Below are positions 1 to 10,318 of a stretch of DNA of 64,000 nt, piece after piece; within the stretch, counting starts at the first letter, position 1; every line of letters starts with the position of its first letter. The stretch comes from Cyanophora paradoxa CCMP329 (taxonomy: Eukaryota > Plantae > Glaucophyta), in NCBI GenBank assembly GCA_004431415.1, contig QPMI01000709.1, positions 271,254-335,253 of the forward strand. The letters are read 5' to 3'. The translations under genes were made by a program, and so were the position numbers. The notes under the pieces were generated by a model. It was not told the origin of the DNA, searched no databases, and saw nothing but the letters and a program-made list of their open reading frames with translations.

Positions 1-829
1 CCCGCGCCCGAATCGGAGCACTGGGAAACAACCTGTATTACATAGGGATTTAGAATATATAAGATGAGCTAGGGGTGCAGGGTTCTAGGGGGATGGTCAG
101 AGCGAGCCGAGGGCACCATGTGCCATCCACTGTAGTTTCATTCGAACTGGATATCTTTGGATGGGAATTAGTTATATTAGATCCAAATGTATCATGAGAA
201 CGACAATGAAAAGGGCGGATAGAATATATGCAACGGTCGGGACTCACAATTAAGCCTAACCTGTAAGTCGCCACAAAAACGTTCGTTGAGCTCACAAACC
301 TGACAACGGCACATCACACACATCTGACATCATGAAAACTGACCTCGACGGGTGACTCCACTACCACTCAAAAACAGCATTTATATTGCATATAAAGGCT
401 TTTAAAAGCCTCGTACATATCTGATTCATTGGGCAAAGTTTGTTGAAACGAGATTTCGGAAACAATTGCTGCTATGCCCTAACGTTAACATGACCCAACA
501 TGCACTGCGGGGGCCTGGAGGGTGCGGGCCTTCGCGCTCCGCATTGTTGGCGACGAGAGGCCCCCACGGGCAAGATTGCTAGAGGAGAAGGCGCTGCGCA
601 TCTCGCTCGAGGGGTACCGAGGCGTCTGGGAGACGGCGGCCCGAGGCAGGCGAGAGGGGCTCTTCGGAGGCTGGTGCGGGCCTGGAGGGTGCAGGTACGG
701 GAGGCCTGGAGCCTGGCACTCTCCCCCACAATCCTTTTACTTCTTGTGTAACACGTTCACACGGGTAGCGGCGGGTAGGGGGAGAGGGGCGGAGGGGGAG
801 GGGGGGAGAGGGGGAAGAGACAACAAACC

Positions 830-3300
830 GCCAGCGCCGCCGCGACGCCGCGCAGCTGCGCCGCAGGGAGCGCGTGAGCGCCGCCCCGCCCCGTACCCGC
901 CCGCCGGCCCCGCGCCGGGGCCCTCCCCAGGGAGGGCCGGCGAGGCCCCGCCCCTAGGGCCGGCCCCGCCGCCCGCCCGGCGCGCGGCGCACCTGCTGCG
1001 GGCCCCCGATCGCCGCAGGCCGCCGCCACCAGCGCCGCCGCGCCGCCCCGTACCTGCCGCACGGCCAGCGCGTGAGCGCCGCCCCGCCCCGTACCCGCCC
1101 ACCGGCCCGCGCCGGGGCCCTCCCCAGGGAGGGCCGGCGAGGCCCCGCCCCCTAGGGCCGGCCCCGCCGCCCGCCCGGCGCGCGGCGCACCTGCTGCGGG
1201 CCCCCGATCGCCGTAGGCCGCCGCCACCAGCGCCGCCGCGACGCCGCGCAGCTGCGCCGCAGGGAGCGCGTGAGCGCCGCCCCGCTCCCTACCCGCCCGC
1301 CGGCCCCGCGCCGGGGCCCTCCCCAGGGAGGGCCGGCGAGGCCCCGCCCCTAGGGCCGGCCCGCCGCCCGCCCGGCGCGCGGTGCACCTGCTGCGGGCCC
1401 CCCGATCGCCGCAGGCCGCCGCCGCCAGCGCCGCCGCGACGCCGCGCAGCTGCGCCGCAGGGAGCGCGTGAGCACCGCCCCGCCCCGTACCCGCCGCCGG
1501 CCCCGTGCCGGGGCCCGCCCTCCTCAGGGAGGGCCGGCGAGGCCCCGCCCCCTAGGGCTGGCCCCGCCGCCCACCCGGCGCGCGGCGCACCTGCTGCGGG
1601 CCCCCCAATCGCCGCAGGCCGCCGCCGCCAGCACCGCCGCGACGCCGCGCAGCTGCGCCGCAGGGAGCGCGTGAGCGCCGCCCCGCCCCGTACCCGCCCG
1701 CCAGCCCCGCGCCGGGGCCCTCCCCAGGGAGGGCCGGCGAGGCCCCGCCCCTAGGGCCGGCCCGCCGCCCGCCCGGCGCGCGGCGCACCTGCTGCGGGCC
1801 CCCGATCGCCGCCGGCCGCCGCCGCCAGCGCCGCCGCGCCGCCCCGCATCTGCCGCGCGGGCAGCGCGTGAGCGCCGCCCCGCCCGGGCCCGCCCGCCGG
1901 CCCCGCGCCGGGGCCCTCCCCAGGAAGGGCCGGCGAGGCCCCGCCCCCTAGGGCCGGCCCCGCCGCCCGCCCGGCGCGCGGCGCACCTGCTGCGGGCCCC
2001 CGATCGCCGCAGGCCGCCGCCGCCAGCGCCGCCGCGCCGCCGCGCAGCTGCGCCGCAGGGAGCGCGTGAGCGCCGCCCCGCCCCGTACCCGCCCGCCGGC
2101 CCCGCGCCGGGGCCCTCCCCAGGGAGGGCCGGCGAGGCCCCGCCCCCTAGGGCCGGCCCCGCCGCCCGCCCGGCGCGCGGCGCACCTGCTGCAGGCCCCG
2201 TGATCGCCGCCGGCCGCCGCCGCCAGCACCGCCGCGACGCCGCGCAGCTGCGCCGCAGGGAGCGCGTGAGCGCCGCCCCGCCCCGTACCCGCCCGCCGGC
2301 CCGCGCCGGGGCCCTCCCCAGGGAGGGCCGGCGAGGCCCCGCCCCCTAGGGCCGGCCCCGCCGCCCGCCCGGCGCGCGGCGCACCTGCTGCAGGCCCCGG
2401 GATCGCCGCAGGCCGCCGCCGCCAGCGCCGCCGCGCCGCCCCGCACCTGCCGCGCGGGCAGCGCGTGAGCGCCGCCCCGCCCCGGGCCCGCCCGCCGGCC
2501 CCGCGCCGGGGCCCTCCCCAGGAAGGGCCGGCGAGGCCCCGCCCCCTAGGGCCGGCCCCGCCGCCCGCCCGGCGCGCGGCGCACCTGCTGCGGGCCCCGG
2601 GATCGCCGCAGGCCGCCGCCGCCAGCGCCGCCGCGCCGCCGCGCAGCTGCGCCGCAGGGAGCGCGTGAGCGCCGCCCCGCCCCGGGCCCGCCCGCCGGCC
2701 CCGCGCCGGGGCCCTCCCCAGGAAGGGCCGGCGAGGCCCCGCCCCTAGGGCTGGCCCCGCCGCCCGCCCGGCGCGCGGCGCACCTGCTGCAGGCCCCGTG
2801 ATCGCCGCCGGCCGCCGCCGCCAGCACCGCCGCGACGCCGCGCAGCTGCGCCGCAGGGAGCGCGTGAGCGCCGCCCCGCCCCGTACCCGCCCGCCGGCCC
2901 CGCGCCGGGGCCCTCCCCAGGGAGGGCCGGCGAGGCCCCGCCCCTAGGGCCGGCCCCGCCGCCCGCCCGGCGCGCGGCGCACCTGCTGCAGGCCCCGGGA
3001 TCGCCGCAGGCCGCCGCCGCCAGCGCCGCCGCGCCGCCCCGCACCTGCCGCGCGGGCAGCGCGTGAGCGCCGCCCCGCCCGGGCCCGCCCGCCGGCCCCG
3101 CGCCGGGGCCCTCCCCAGGGAGGGCCGGCGAGGCCCCGCCCCCTAGGGCTGGCCCCGCCGCCCGCCCGGCGCGCGGCGCACCTGCTGCGGGCCCCCCGAT
3201 CGCCGCCGGCCGCCGCCGCCAGCACCGCCGCGACGCCGCGCAGCTAAGCCGCAGGGAGCGCGTGAGCGCCGCCCCGCCTCGTACCCGCCCGCTGGCCCCG
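830..3300. repeat. GC-rich tandem satellite, ~199-bp unit, ~12 copies
   Basis: Marker GCGTGAGC(G/A)CC recurs about every 199 bp (~873, 1071, 1270 ... 3062, 3262). The Pro/Arg/Ala ORFs across it are repeat translations. Confidence 0.95.
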
Positions 3301-5579
3301 GCACCTGCTGGTTGCGCGGCGGCGCGTGTCGGAAACCCAGGCCATGCTGCACGGTCAGCGGGGCGCGGTTTAGAGCGGGCGGGGCGGGAAGGCGGGGCTC
3401 TCACGAGCTGCGCTGGCTTGAGTTACGATCGGGCACGCCCGCTGCGATCGGCTGGACGGCGGTGCAGCGCGCGGCAGCGGCTGGGGCTGCACGGGGCGGT
3501 CAGCGGGGCGCGGCGCAGAAGAGGGCTCGGGCGACGATGGACGTGAATTCGCAGAGTGCGCAGAGCATAGATGAGGTGCGCGGTTGGGCGCGCGTCGTGC
3601 GGCGCTGGCTGCAGCGGGGCGAGTGGAGTCGCGATTGTCAGCGAAGGAGGCGACGGCGCGCGGGGCGCGGGGAGTGCGCGCGGGGGAGGACGAAGCGTAC
3701 CACGGTGAGAATGCACTACGTAGAGCCCGCCTGCGAGAAGGCGAGGCTGTACGCGAGCGGGCCGGGGCGCGGGCCGGAACGCTGGCGCTCGCGGGGCGCC
3801 GCTTCTGAGCAGAGGACGGGCCGCGGGGGCTTTCCAGGATTTCGAACGTGCGGGAAAGGCTGTAGAGAGGCCGGAGAGCGCGTGCGAACGCGCGGGATGC
3901 TCTGCGAGCCGGGCCGCCCGGCCGCTGGCGGCCGGATTCCCGGAAATCCCCTGCCGAAATTCCCGGAAATTCCGGAAATCCCATAGCTAGCTGCCGAAAT
4001 TCCCGCCGGACCTAGGTCGACCTGCTAGGTTGGCGCCCGGCGATCTGATTTTACTATTTTACTGCTTGTGTTAAGTAATGTAGTATTTTTGAAATCCTTT
4101 TATGTTCTTTTTCAGACAAATATTAGCGCTGCTGCGCATGATGGCATGGTGATGCTATGATGTTTCCTTGAGTTTTTAGTACTGCAGTCCGAGTCAAAAA
4201 CGGGCCATATTTGGCACTGACGTATACCTCGAGTCTCGATGTTCTGCGTGGCGCGTTTTGAGCCTCTTCCTGATCAGCCCGCCCGGCCGCGGCCCGCTCG
4301 CCGAGTCCGACGGTCGCGCGCGCGCTGGCCGCGGGCCGGCCCGGCGGGCCGATCGATATCGATATCGCCGAGTCGCAAGCGTACGGTATACGCGTACGCG
4401 TGCCGTACCGTAGTACGCCCGTCCAAAATTGCTGCAAAATGCCGCACTGCGGCAGTGCACCCGCATGCATGAGCGCGCGCTAGCATGAACTTTACAAGCC
4501 TGAAGTTTAGTAATGTTGCGCACGGCGCGCATGCCATGATCATCGGATGCGCATAGCATTGCACTGCGGCACATACGTACGGTATACGTTCTATACTATA
4601 GTAATCGTACTCGCGATCGGTATACCGTAGTACGTATACGTATGCGCATTGCGCCGCGGCGTTAGAATTCGGCCGCGGGCTACAATAGACCTGAGACAAC
4701 CGTTGCAATTGAACAGCCTGCAGAGCAGATCAAGATTCTAGAGGCGCCGGCATGCGCAGCAGCTGTAGCAGCGCGCCGCGGCGCGCGCACATGCCATGAT
4801 CATGATTGCCGACGGCGGCCGCGGCTCGCGATCGGCGCGACCCGTTTGAACGGCTGCAGCCGCGGCCACAGCATCTGTGACTTCCAATTCAACCCGCCGG
4901 GCCGGCCCAGCCGCTGAGCCCAGGTCATCGGCGCGGCGCTTTCAATTGCATGTTTCCTCTTTCTGCGGTCCGACGGTCGCGATCGCAGTCTCTGAGTTAC
5001 CCAGCCTGGCAGCTGCAGCTGCAGGCCCAGTCAACGTCGGCGTGCGGCGGTGTGCGCGCTCTGAGGCTCTGAGCTCCTGAACAACAGCCGCTGAGCAGCG
5101 GTACGTGCACGTGGATGTATATGGCCCATGGGCGCGCCCGTGCAAATGCATATGCACGTGGCCAGCAGCAGCCGCGGCATCTCTGTGCGCTCACTGTCAT
5201 GATCGTGATCAGCTGCGTGCGCAGCCGCGGCCGCTGAACGAGCCGGGCCGGGAAGGCGATCGCCGTCCGGGATCCGCGGCCGTCAACGTTAACGTTCAAC
5301 GGTTCCCCAAGTCCCGGCGCGGGCCCGGGGCGGCCGGGGGGGCGCGGCGCTGCACATCCTTCAATTTGCAATCAATAGTTAAAGCAATTTGGACGTGAAG
5401 CGATCATCGGATACAAGCGCCCGGATTCGGAGTCGCCGTCCGTTATATTTTGATCAGGTGCGAATGCGCTGGTTTTGCAATTGGATCTCTAGATCTAGAT
5501 GTGCTTAAGGTGCCTAGCTATAGGCTAGGTGCCATGGCCAGGCTGCAGCCTGCAGTTGGCAGCTGGCAGCTGCAACTGG

Positions 5580-5680
5580 ATCGGTGCACACCTGTGCGCT
5601 CACCGGCTAGCGCCTCTAGATCAACTGCTGCTTGCAGCTATCGGTGCACACCTGTGCGCTCACCGGCTAGCGCCTCTAGA
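5580..5680. repeat. 41-bp direct repeat, 60-bp period
   Basis: ATCGGTGCACACCTGTGCGCTCACCGGCTAGCGCCTCTAGA occurs at ~5580 and ~5640. Confidence 0.85.
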
Positions 5681-6057
5681 CAATAGCGCTAGCTATAGCT
5701 TTCGAATTCGCCGCGCCGTGCACTGCAGCACGTGCACGCTTAGAAATACATGCTCACTCCGCGAGCTTTAATTTTGCAATTGCAGACGCAGCGATATCAT
5801 GGCCACGGCGCATGCCCGTGCTCATGCGCTCGGCTCCGGCGCGTCGACGTCTCCCATATGCATGGCCACCTCGGCCGCCGACCGCACGCTCTCGAAAGAG
5901 TACGCCGATTTCACTGATCATGATCAAGGTATCGATCAAGGTGCACATGTGCATCCATCGTCCCAGGTGCGCTTATAATCAGCTTCGAAGATATAACTGC
6001 TTGCGATATTAATATTCTAGCTATAGATCTGATTAATATTCCAATGCCACATGCACA

Positions 6058-7314
6058 TTGGCATCTTTAATTTTAATCACGCGGCCATCAATTTCGCGCG
6101 GGCCTGCGCTGATCATGATCGCAATGTTTAATCGTGATCATCGGATGGTGATCATGACGCGAGCCGCGCGGGCGCGCGCGCATGCGCAGGATTCGCTGGG
6201 AGAGGTGACGGGCCGCATCGGCGCCCTCCAGATCCCGTCCTCGGAGGGCGAGGCCTCGGGGGCGGCCCGCTCCACGCCCGACGGCTCGCCCCACTCGAGC
6301 TCGGCCGCCGTTGATCGCGAGGCGGAAGGGGGGGTCGGAGGCTCGCGCTCGGGCTCGATTTCGGGCCCCGCGAGGCGATACTCGAACTCGAGCTCGAGCT
6401 CGAACGCGCCGCGGCCGCATGCGCGGCAGAGCCATGCCGAGGCGCATGCGTCTGGCCATGCATATGGCCATGGCCAGCAGCGCTCGATCGCGAGCTACAC
6501 CTACGGTCAGCGGCAAGAGCAGCACGAGCGAGCGTACAGTGAGCGGCGGCGGCCGCACTCGTTCGCCCAGTCTCCGTCGACCTCGGCTCGAGCTCGCAAT
6601 ATTAATCCACCCGGCGCCGGCGCCGGCGGATCCGGAGGCCCAGGGCGCGTGCAGGGCGCGGCCGCGGGTCCCTCGCAGCTGCAAGGTCACGGCCACGTGC
6701 ATGGCCAGTACTTGCAGCTCCGTGGGCACCCGTACCCCCATCTGCAGCTGCTCCCCGCGGCCGGGGCGGCCGTGGACGTGGACGGGACCGCGGCCGGCCT
6801 CCCCGTGGCCAGCGTCAACATCGTTGAGATTTCTCCGGGCGTCTACGGCTACGGTTACGGCCCCGCCCTGCAGCTGCAGGCCGCACCCGGTCAGAATTTG
6901 AATTTCCAGTCGTGCGTCTCATTTATTCCATTATGATATCGATTATACGATGATGACGATATCCATCGAATTTCCTCTCGTACATGCTAAAATGCCCTCG
7001 CATATATCAGTAAACATATTTGAACGTAATTAATGATTCATGATCAACGATTTTGCATGCGCAGGGATTATCTTCTGGCCTCGCAATTGCAGCCTTACGC
7101 CGTGGCGGGCCCTTCCGACGCGCAGGTCCGGATCCGACTCTCCCGGTCACAATCGGGGTCTATAGCTATAAATTAATGAATATTAACTAGTACTAGTAAT
7201 GTTCGAATTCAAAATCGTCCCCGGCCAGAACTGACTGGAGGGCATGTTAATGCGCAGGGGCCCGCCGGCGCCGCCCTGCAGCTGGTTATGGGACAGCAGT
7301 ACCCCGTGGAAATG
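6058..7314 (+). CDS. 5' part of a spliced host low-complexity (Gly/Ala/Gln-rich) gene, interrupted by the viral insertion
   Basis: ORF 6058-6936 plus short GC-rich exons between AT-richer GT..AG introns. The last exon 7258-7314 reads GPAGAALQLVMGQQYPVEM and ends in the TSD. The start codon is uncertain. Confidence 0.55.
7309..7314 (+). other. Left target-site duplication GAAATG
   Basis: The same hexamer lies immediately outside both TIR ends (7309-7314 and 34148-34153). Confidence 0.95.
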
Positions 7315-7409
7315 ACACATATTGAAAAACGAATTTAAATCCCTCGTTCATCTCGATCGCTTCGCGATCTCGATTCACTCTGGATTTAAATTCGTTTTTC
7401 AATATGTGT
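7315..7409 (-). other. Left terminal 95-nt hairpin
   Basis: 28-bp perfect arms (7315-7342 / 7382-7409), inner stem GATCGC-TTC-GCGATC, and symmetric 12-nt linkers. Confidence 0.95.
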
Positions 7410-7728
7410 TAATTTAATACTAAAATACATATTTTTCGATTAATTTCTTAAACTTTTTATGCAAACTTTGTATAAAATAATGCAAACTTTGTATTAAAAA
7501 TGAAAACGCGTTTACCAAAATGCATATTTTCGATTAAACTTCGATAGATTCAATTGATCTTATATCGATTGATTATGTACTTTGTTGTTTACATACAAAT
7601 CTGCGATAGATTAACATTAAACTGCTTAAAGATCGATATAATTGCGATTAAATTGCATAAATTCGCATAAACTCGATATATCTCTCATGTATTGAAGTAG
7701 ACCACCGCCCATTCTGTATCGAAAAACG

Positions 7729-7990
7729 CAAAAAGTGTCACAGAGTTGCATTGTGTCCAATTGAACAATCGATGAGATTGCTGATGTACATTTTTGCACC
7801 GAAAAAGTGTCACAGAGTTGCATTATCTCCCATTAAACAATCGATTAGATTGCGGGATTTTCTATTGGAATATATCGGAACTGCATTATGTCCAATTAAA
7901 CAATCGATGAGATTGCGGATTTATATTTTAGATCGAAAAAGTGTCACAGAGTTGCATGGTCTCCAATTGAACAATCGATTAGATTGCATA
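7729..7990. repeat. Sub-terminal ~60-72-bp degenerate tandem repeat (4 units) inside the TIR
   Basis: AAAAAGTGTCACAGAGTTGCAT...CCAATT(G/A)AACAATCGAT(G/T)AGATTGC is repeated, and mirrored at ~33475-33735. Confidence 0.85.
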
Positions 7991-8020
7991 TGTTCTATAA
8001 AACAGAATAATTGAATTCAA

Positions 8021-8580
8021 GTGTGACAGGTAGTATTCAAATGATATTCAGTAATAGATATATTTGTTTTTGAGAAAGTCAGTAAGAGGGGTAGAATGTC
8101 TGTGACAGGTGTGACAGGTGTGACAGGTGTGACAGGTGTTTTCAGAAGTCTGTCATTTTTGAAAAATTTAGAAAGTTTGAAAATAGGTGTCACACCTGTC
8201 ACACCTGTCACACTCAATTAAACTACCTGTCACACCTGGTCTCCTTACCATTTTCAGTAAGACAGAAAGGTATTCATGAAATCGACTATTGTTGGGTGGA
8301 TTTTGAAGGTGTCACACCTGTCACATAGACTGTTTTCAGTAAGACAACAATAAATTCTTGAATATCTCAGTAAGAAATAGAGTCTTTTGTTAATTGGGTG
8401 TGACGGGTGTGACAGGTGTGACAGGTGTTTTCAGAAGTCTGTAATTTGTGAGAATTTTAAAAAGTTTGAAAATAGGTGTCACACCTGTCACAGGCGTCAC
8501 AGTCAATTAAATAGGTGTCACACCCGATTATCTGACCATTTTCAGTAAGACCATCTGAAATTCTGAATTTCTCAGTGTCA
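8021..8580. repeat. Arrays of 9-bp TGTGAC(A/G)GG repeats in opposite orientations around AT-rich spacers (iteron-like)
   Basis: Cassettes at ~8101-8240 and ~8397-8527, mirrored in the right TIR at ~32945-33365. Confidence 0.85.
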
Positions 8581-8581
8581 A

Positions 8582-8983
8582 CTAACTCGGAAATCGCAAT
8601 ACTCTATGTTTCTCCGATTTCTCCAACCCTGAAAACACACCTGTTATTCTCTCATCTATCTCATGAGATACTCTCGTGGTTTTTCTCTCTGCTTCTAATC
8701 CACAACTGAATATATCAATCGCCAGCATACCTTCATTTGAGTAACAATGAGCAGTGCAGTGGCTCTCATCCAGCAGAAGAACCATTGCAAAACCAGGAGG
8801 AGAAATACCACCATCGAAAATCTCGCAATGCTTGTGAACTACTCGAATACCTTGCTCTTGAATAATAGTTTGTAAGAACTGCATTAACCACCTGGTCGTT
8901 GTCTCCAAGTCTTCCACTCCTACTGCTAATTGGGTTCTGAATTTGTAATCCAGCATCACATGGAAGCCTCGATGAGTATTCAT
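8582..8983 (-). CDS. speD: S-adenosylmethionine decarboxylase proenzyme, short prokaryotic/phage type (SpeD/SpeH-like)
   Basis: 133 aa. N-terminal G.H.MLD, PPG...V.LL.ESH self-cleavage site (E/S, pyruvoyl), HCY...G..AIDIFSCG. Confidence 0.88.
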   Translation of the reverse strand: MNTHRGFHVMLDYKFRTQLAVGVEDLETTTRWLMQFLQTIIQEQGIRVVHKHCEIFDGGISPPGFAMVLLLDESHCTAHCYSNEGMLAIDIFSCGLEAERKTTRVSHEIDERITGVFSGLEKSEKHRVLRFPS

Positions 8984-9023
8984 TTATGAATAATTTAGAA
9001 AAATTAAAAACGCGATTGGTAGA

Positions 9024-9173
9024 ATGCGAACCATCTTAGCAAGAGTGCTACCTTATGAGTTGGTGGATATCATTCTGCTGCACTACCACAAGACCTGTCC
9101 AAACTGCTTTGACACATGCATAATCACAAAGGGAAAATGGGGAAAGATCCTCATTTCTCTCTCAAAGATCTAA
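9024..9173 (+). CDS. Small 49-aa ORF with an F-box-like LPxELxxxIL motif and CxxC
   Basis: Own translation: MRTILARVLPYELVDIILLHYHKTCPNCFDTC...; it fills the gap between two genes and is below the ORF-track cutoff. Confidence 0.4.
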   Translation: MRTILARVLPYELVDIILLHYHKTCPNCFDTCIITKGKWGKILISLSKI

Positions 9174-9442
9174 TCAAAGTACAGTACCACTGGTTTATCA
9201 TCTATCACAATTCCTGATGTAGTCTTTTTTCTGTAAGCATGAGAGGATTTCTTGTTGCACTCTCTGCATCCACTTCCCCTTACATGATTAAATGGGTAGG
9301 TTTGGAGGATCTTGTTGCATTTAAGGCATCTAACAGAGACCTTCTCTTGTGCTTTCTTATACACTGTCTCACTATAATCGAATTTAGCATCACCATGAAC
9401 CATCATTGCAGATTCTATGAATTTCTTTGTTTTATCATCCAT
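9170..9442 (-). CDS. Zn-ribbon protein, DUF723-like repeat of phages and giant viruses
   Basis: FIE.A..VHG..FDYS..VY.....KV...C..C......P.NH..GSGC..C pattern. Confidence 0.7.
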   Translation of the reverse strand: MDDKTKKFIESAMMVHGDAKFDYSETVYKKAQEKVSVRCLKCNKILQTYPFNHVRGSGCRECNKKSSHAYRKKTTSGIVIDDKPVVLYFD

Positions 9443-9467
9443 TCCTCTCTATATATACCTGAGATTT

Positions 9468-10295
9468 CTATGGAGCAGTATCCTGCCCGAAAATGGGGAA
9501 GTATCGATTTGTGCCGTAATATTCTGCATATGTATTCTGTCTTGCAATAGCATCGGTTCTCTCAGCATAGAGAATGCATTTGTAGATACCAAATCTGGTG
9601 GCTCTCACCAAAAACTGGTAATCTTCAAGACCGAAATTCACTCCATGATAAGCAATCCCGAAATTGTCATATGGAGTGATTACAACTGCAATATTTGGGG
9701 TTCCACCCTCTACTTGACAGACAGCATAAACATCTGGTGGAATATCCACGACCACCTTGTAGTGGTCACCAATCTCAACAAGAGAATCAACTACTGATGT
9801 CTGCTCATTCACAACAATTGGGAAGATCTTGATAATATATGGTGCATTCATACTGGGGACATAGGTGCGAATTCTGGTGTTGGGATCAATGGGATTGGGT
9901 TGATCATTTACGAAAAGAGGCGCACCAACAGCTCCACCAATCCGAAGACCATCACCAATATATGCTCCCCCCGTTTTGCAGTTAATAGCTCCCGACCGAG
10001 ATTCAAAAGAATAAGTAGAAAGAGGATCACCATAACTGTCTGGGTCTCCATAATGGGCAGAAAAGTTCGCATTTGTCACAAGGAGTTTCGTTGTCTTAAC
10101 TATACCATTATTTTTATCACATCTGAGTTCCTGCAATCTCAGTTTATGGGTGGAACCAAAGGTATTCATTGTAGGTTGTACTTCTGTGGATTGGAGACCT
10201 TCTACATCATCAAAAGTAGCATGCTGCAAAACGTGATTTGCAGGTGCTGCTAATGAGAGTTGGGGTGTAATAATTCGCTCTACTGGGGCAGCCAT
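9468..10295 (-). CDS. Putative virion fibre/spike protein, paralogue A
   Basis: Shares an N-terminal ~120-aa domain (SL...A.H..QH, STE, LR.DK..G.VK.T, GGA.IG.G) with the ORFs at 10319 and 11569. Confidence 0.55.
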   Translation of the reverse strand: MAAPVERIITPQLSLAAPANHVLQHATFDDVEGLQSTEVQPTMNTFGSTHKLRLQELRCDKNNGIVKTTKLLVTNANFSAHYGDPDSYGDPLSTYSFESRSGAINCKTGGAYIGDGLRIGGAVGAPLFVNDQPNPIDPNTRIRTYVPSMNAPYIIKIFPIVVNEQTSVVDSLVEIGDHYKVVVDIPPDVYAVCQVEGGTPNIAVVITPYDNFGIAYHGVNFGLEDYQFLVRATRFGIYKCILYAERTDAIARQNTYAEYYGTNRYFPIFGQDTAP

Positions 10296-10318
10296 TTTAC
10301 ATTAAAGTAATATATAAT

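Larger units (their letters stand above)
7315..8677 (+). repeat. Left terminal inverted repeat (1363 bp)
   Basis: Reverse complement of 32795-34147. The differences I found are one extra 9-bp TGTGACAGG unit and one extra G in a homopolymer, which account for the 10-bp length difference. Confidence 0.95.

Noticed and set aside
500-760. Possible 3' fragment of a non-LTR retrotransposon ORF
   Set aside because: Only a vague resemblance; no RT or endonuclease motif is visible.
472-3990. Long Pro/Arg/Ala-rich ORFs
   Set aside because: Stop-poor frames produced by the very GC-rich satellite and its flank.
3935-4005. Clustered GAAAT(T)CC repeats as a transposon end
   Set aside because: No matching opposite end or TSD was found in the window.
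7626-8217. ORFs inside the TIRs (and mirrors at 33448-33836)
   Set aside because: They are translations of DNA repeats (VTGVTG/VTPVTP) with no protein features.
7729-8580. CRISPR-like array
   Set aside because: The repeats are degenerate or directly abutting, with no unique equal-length spacers and no cas genes.
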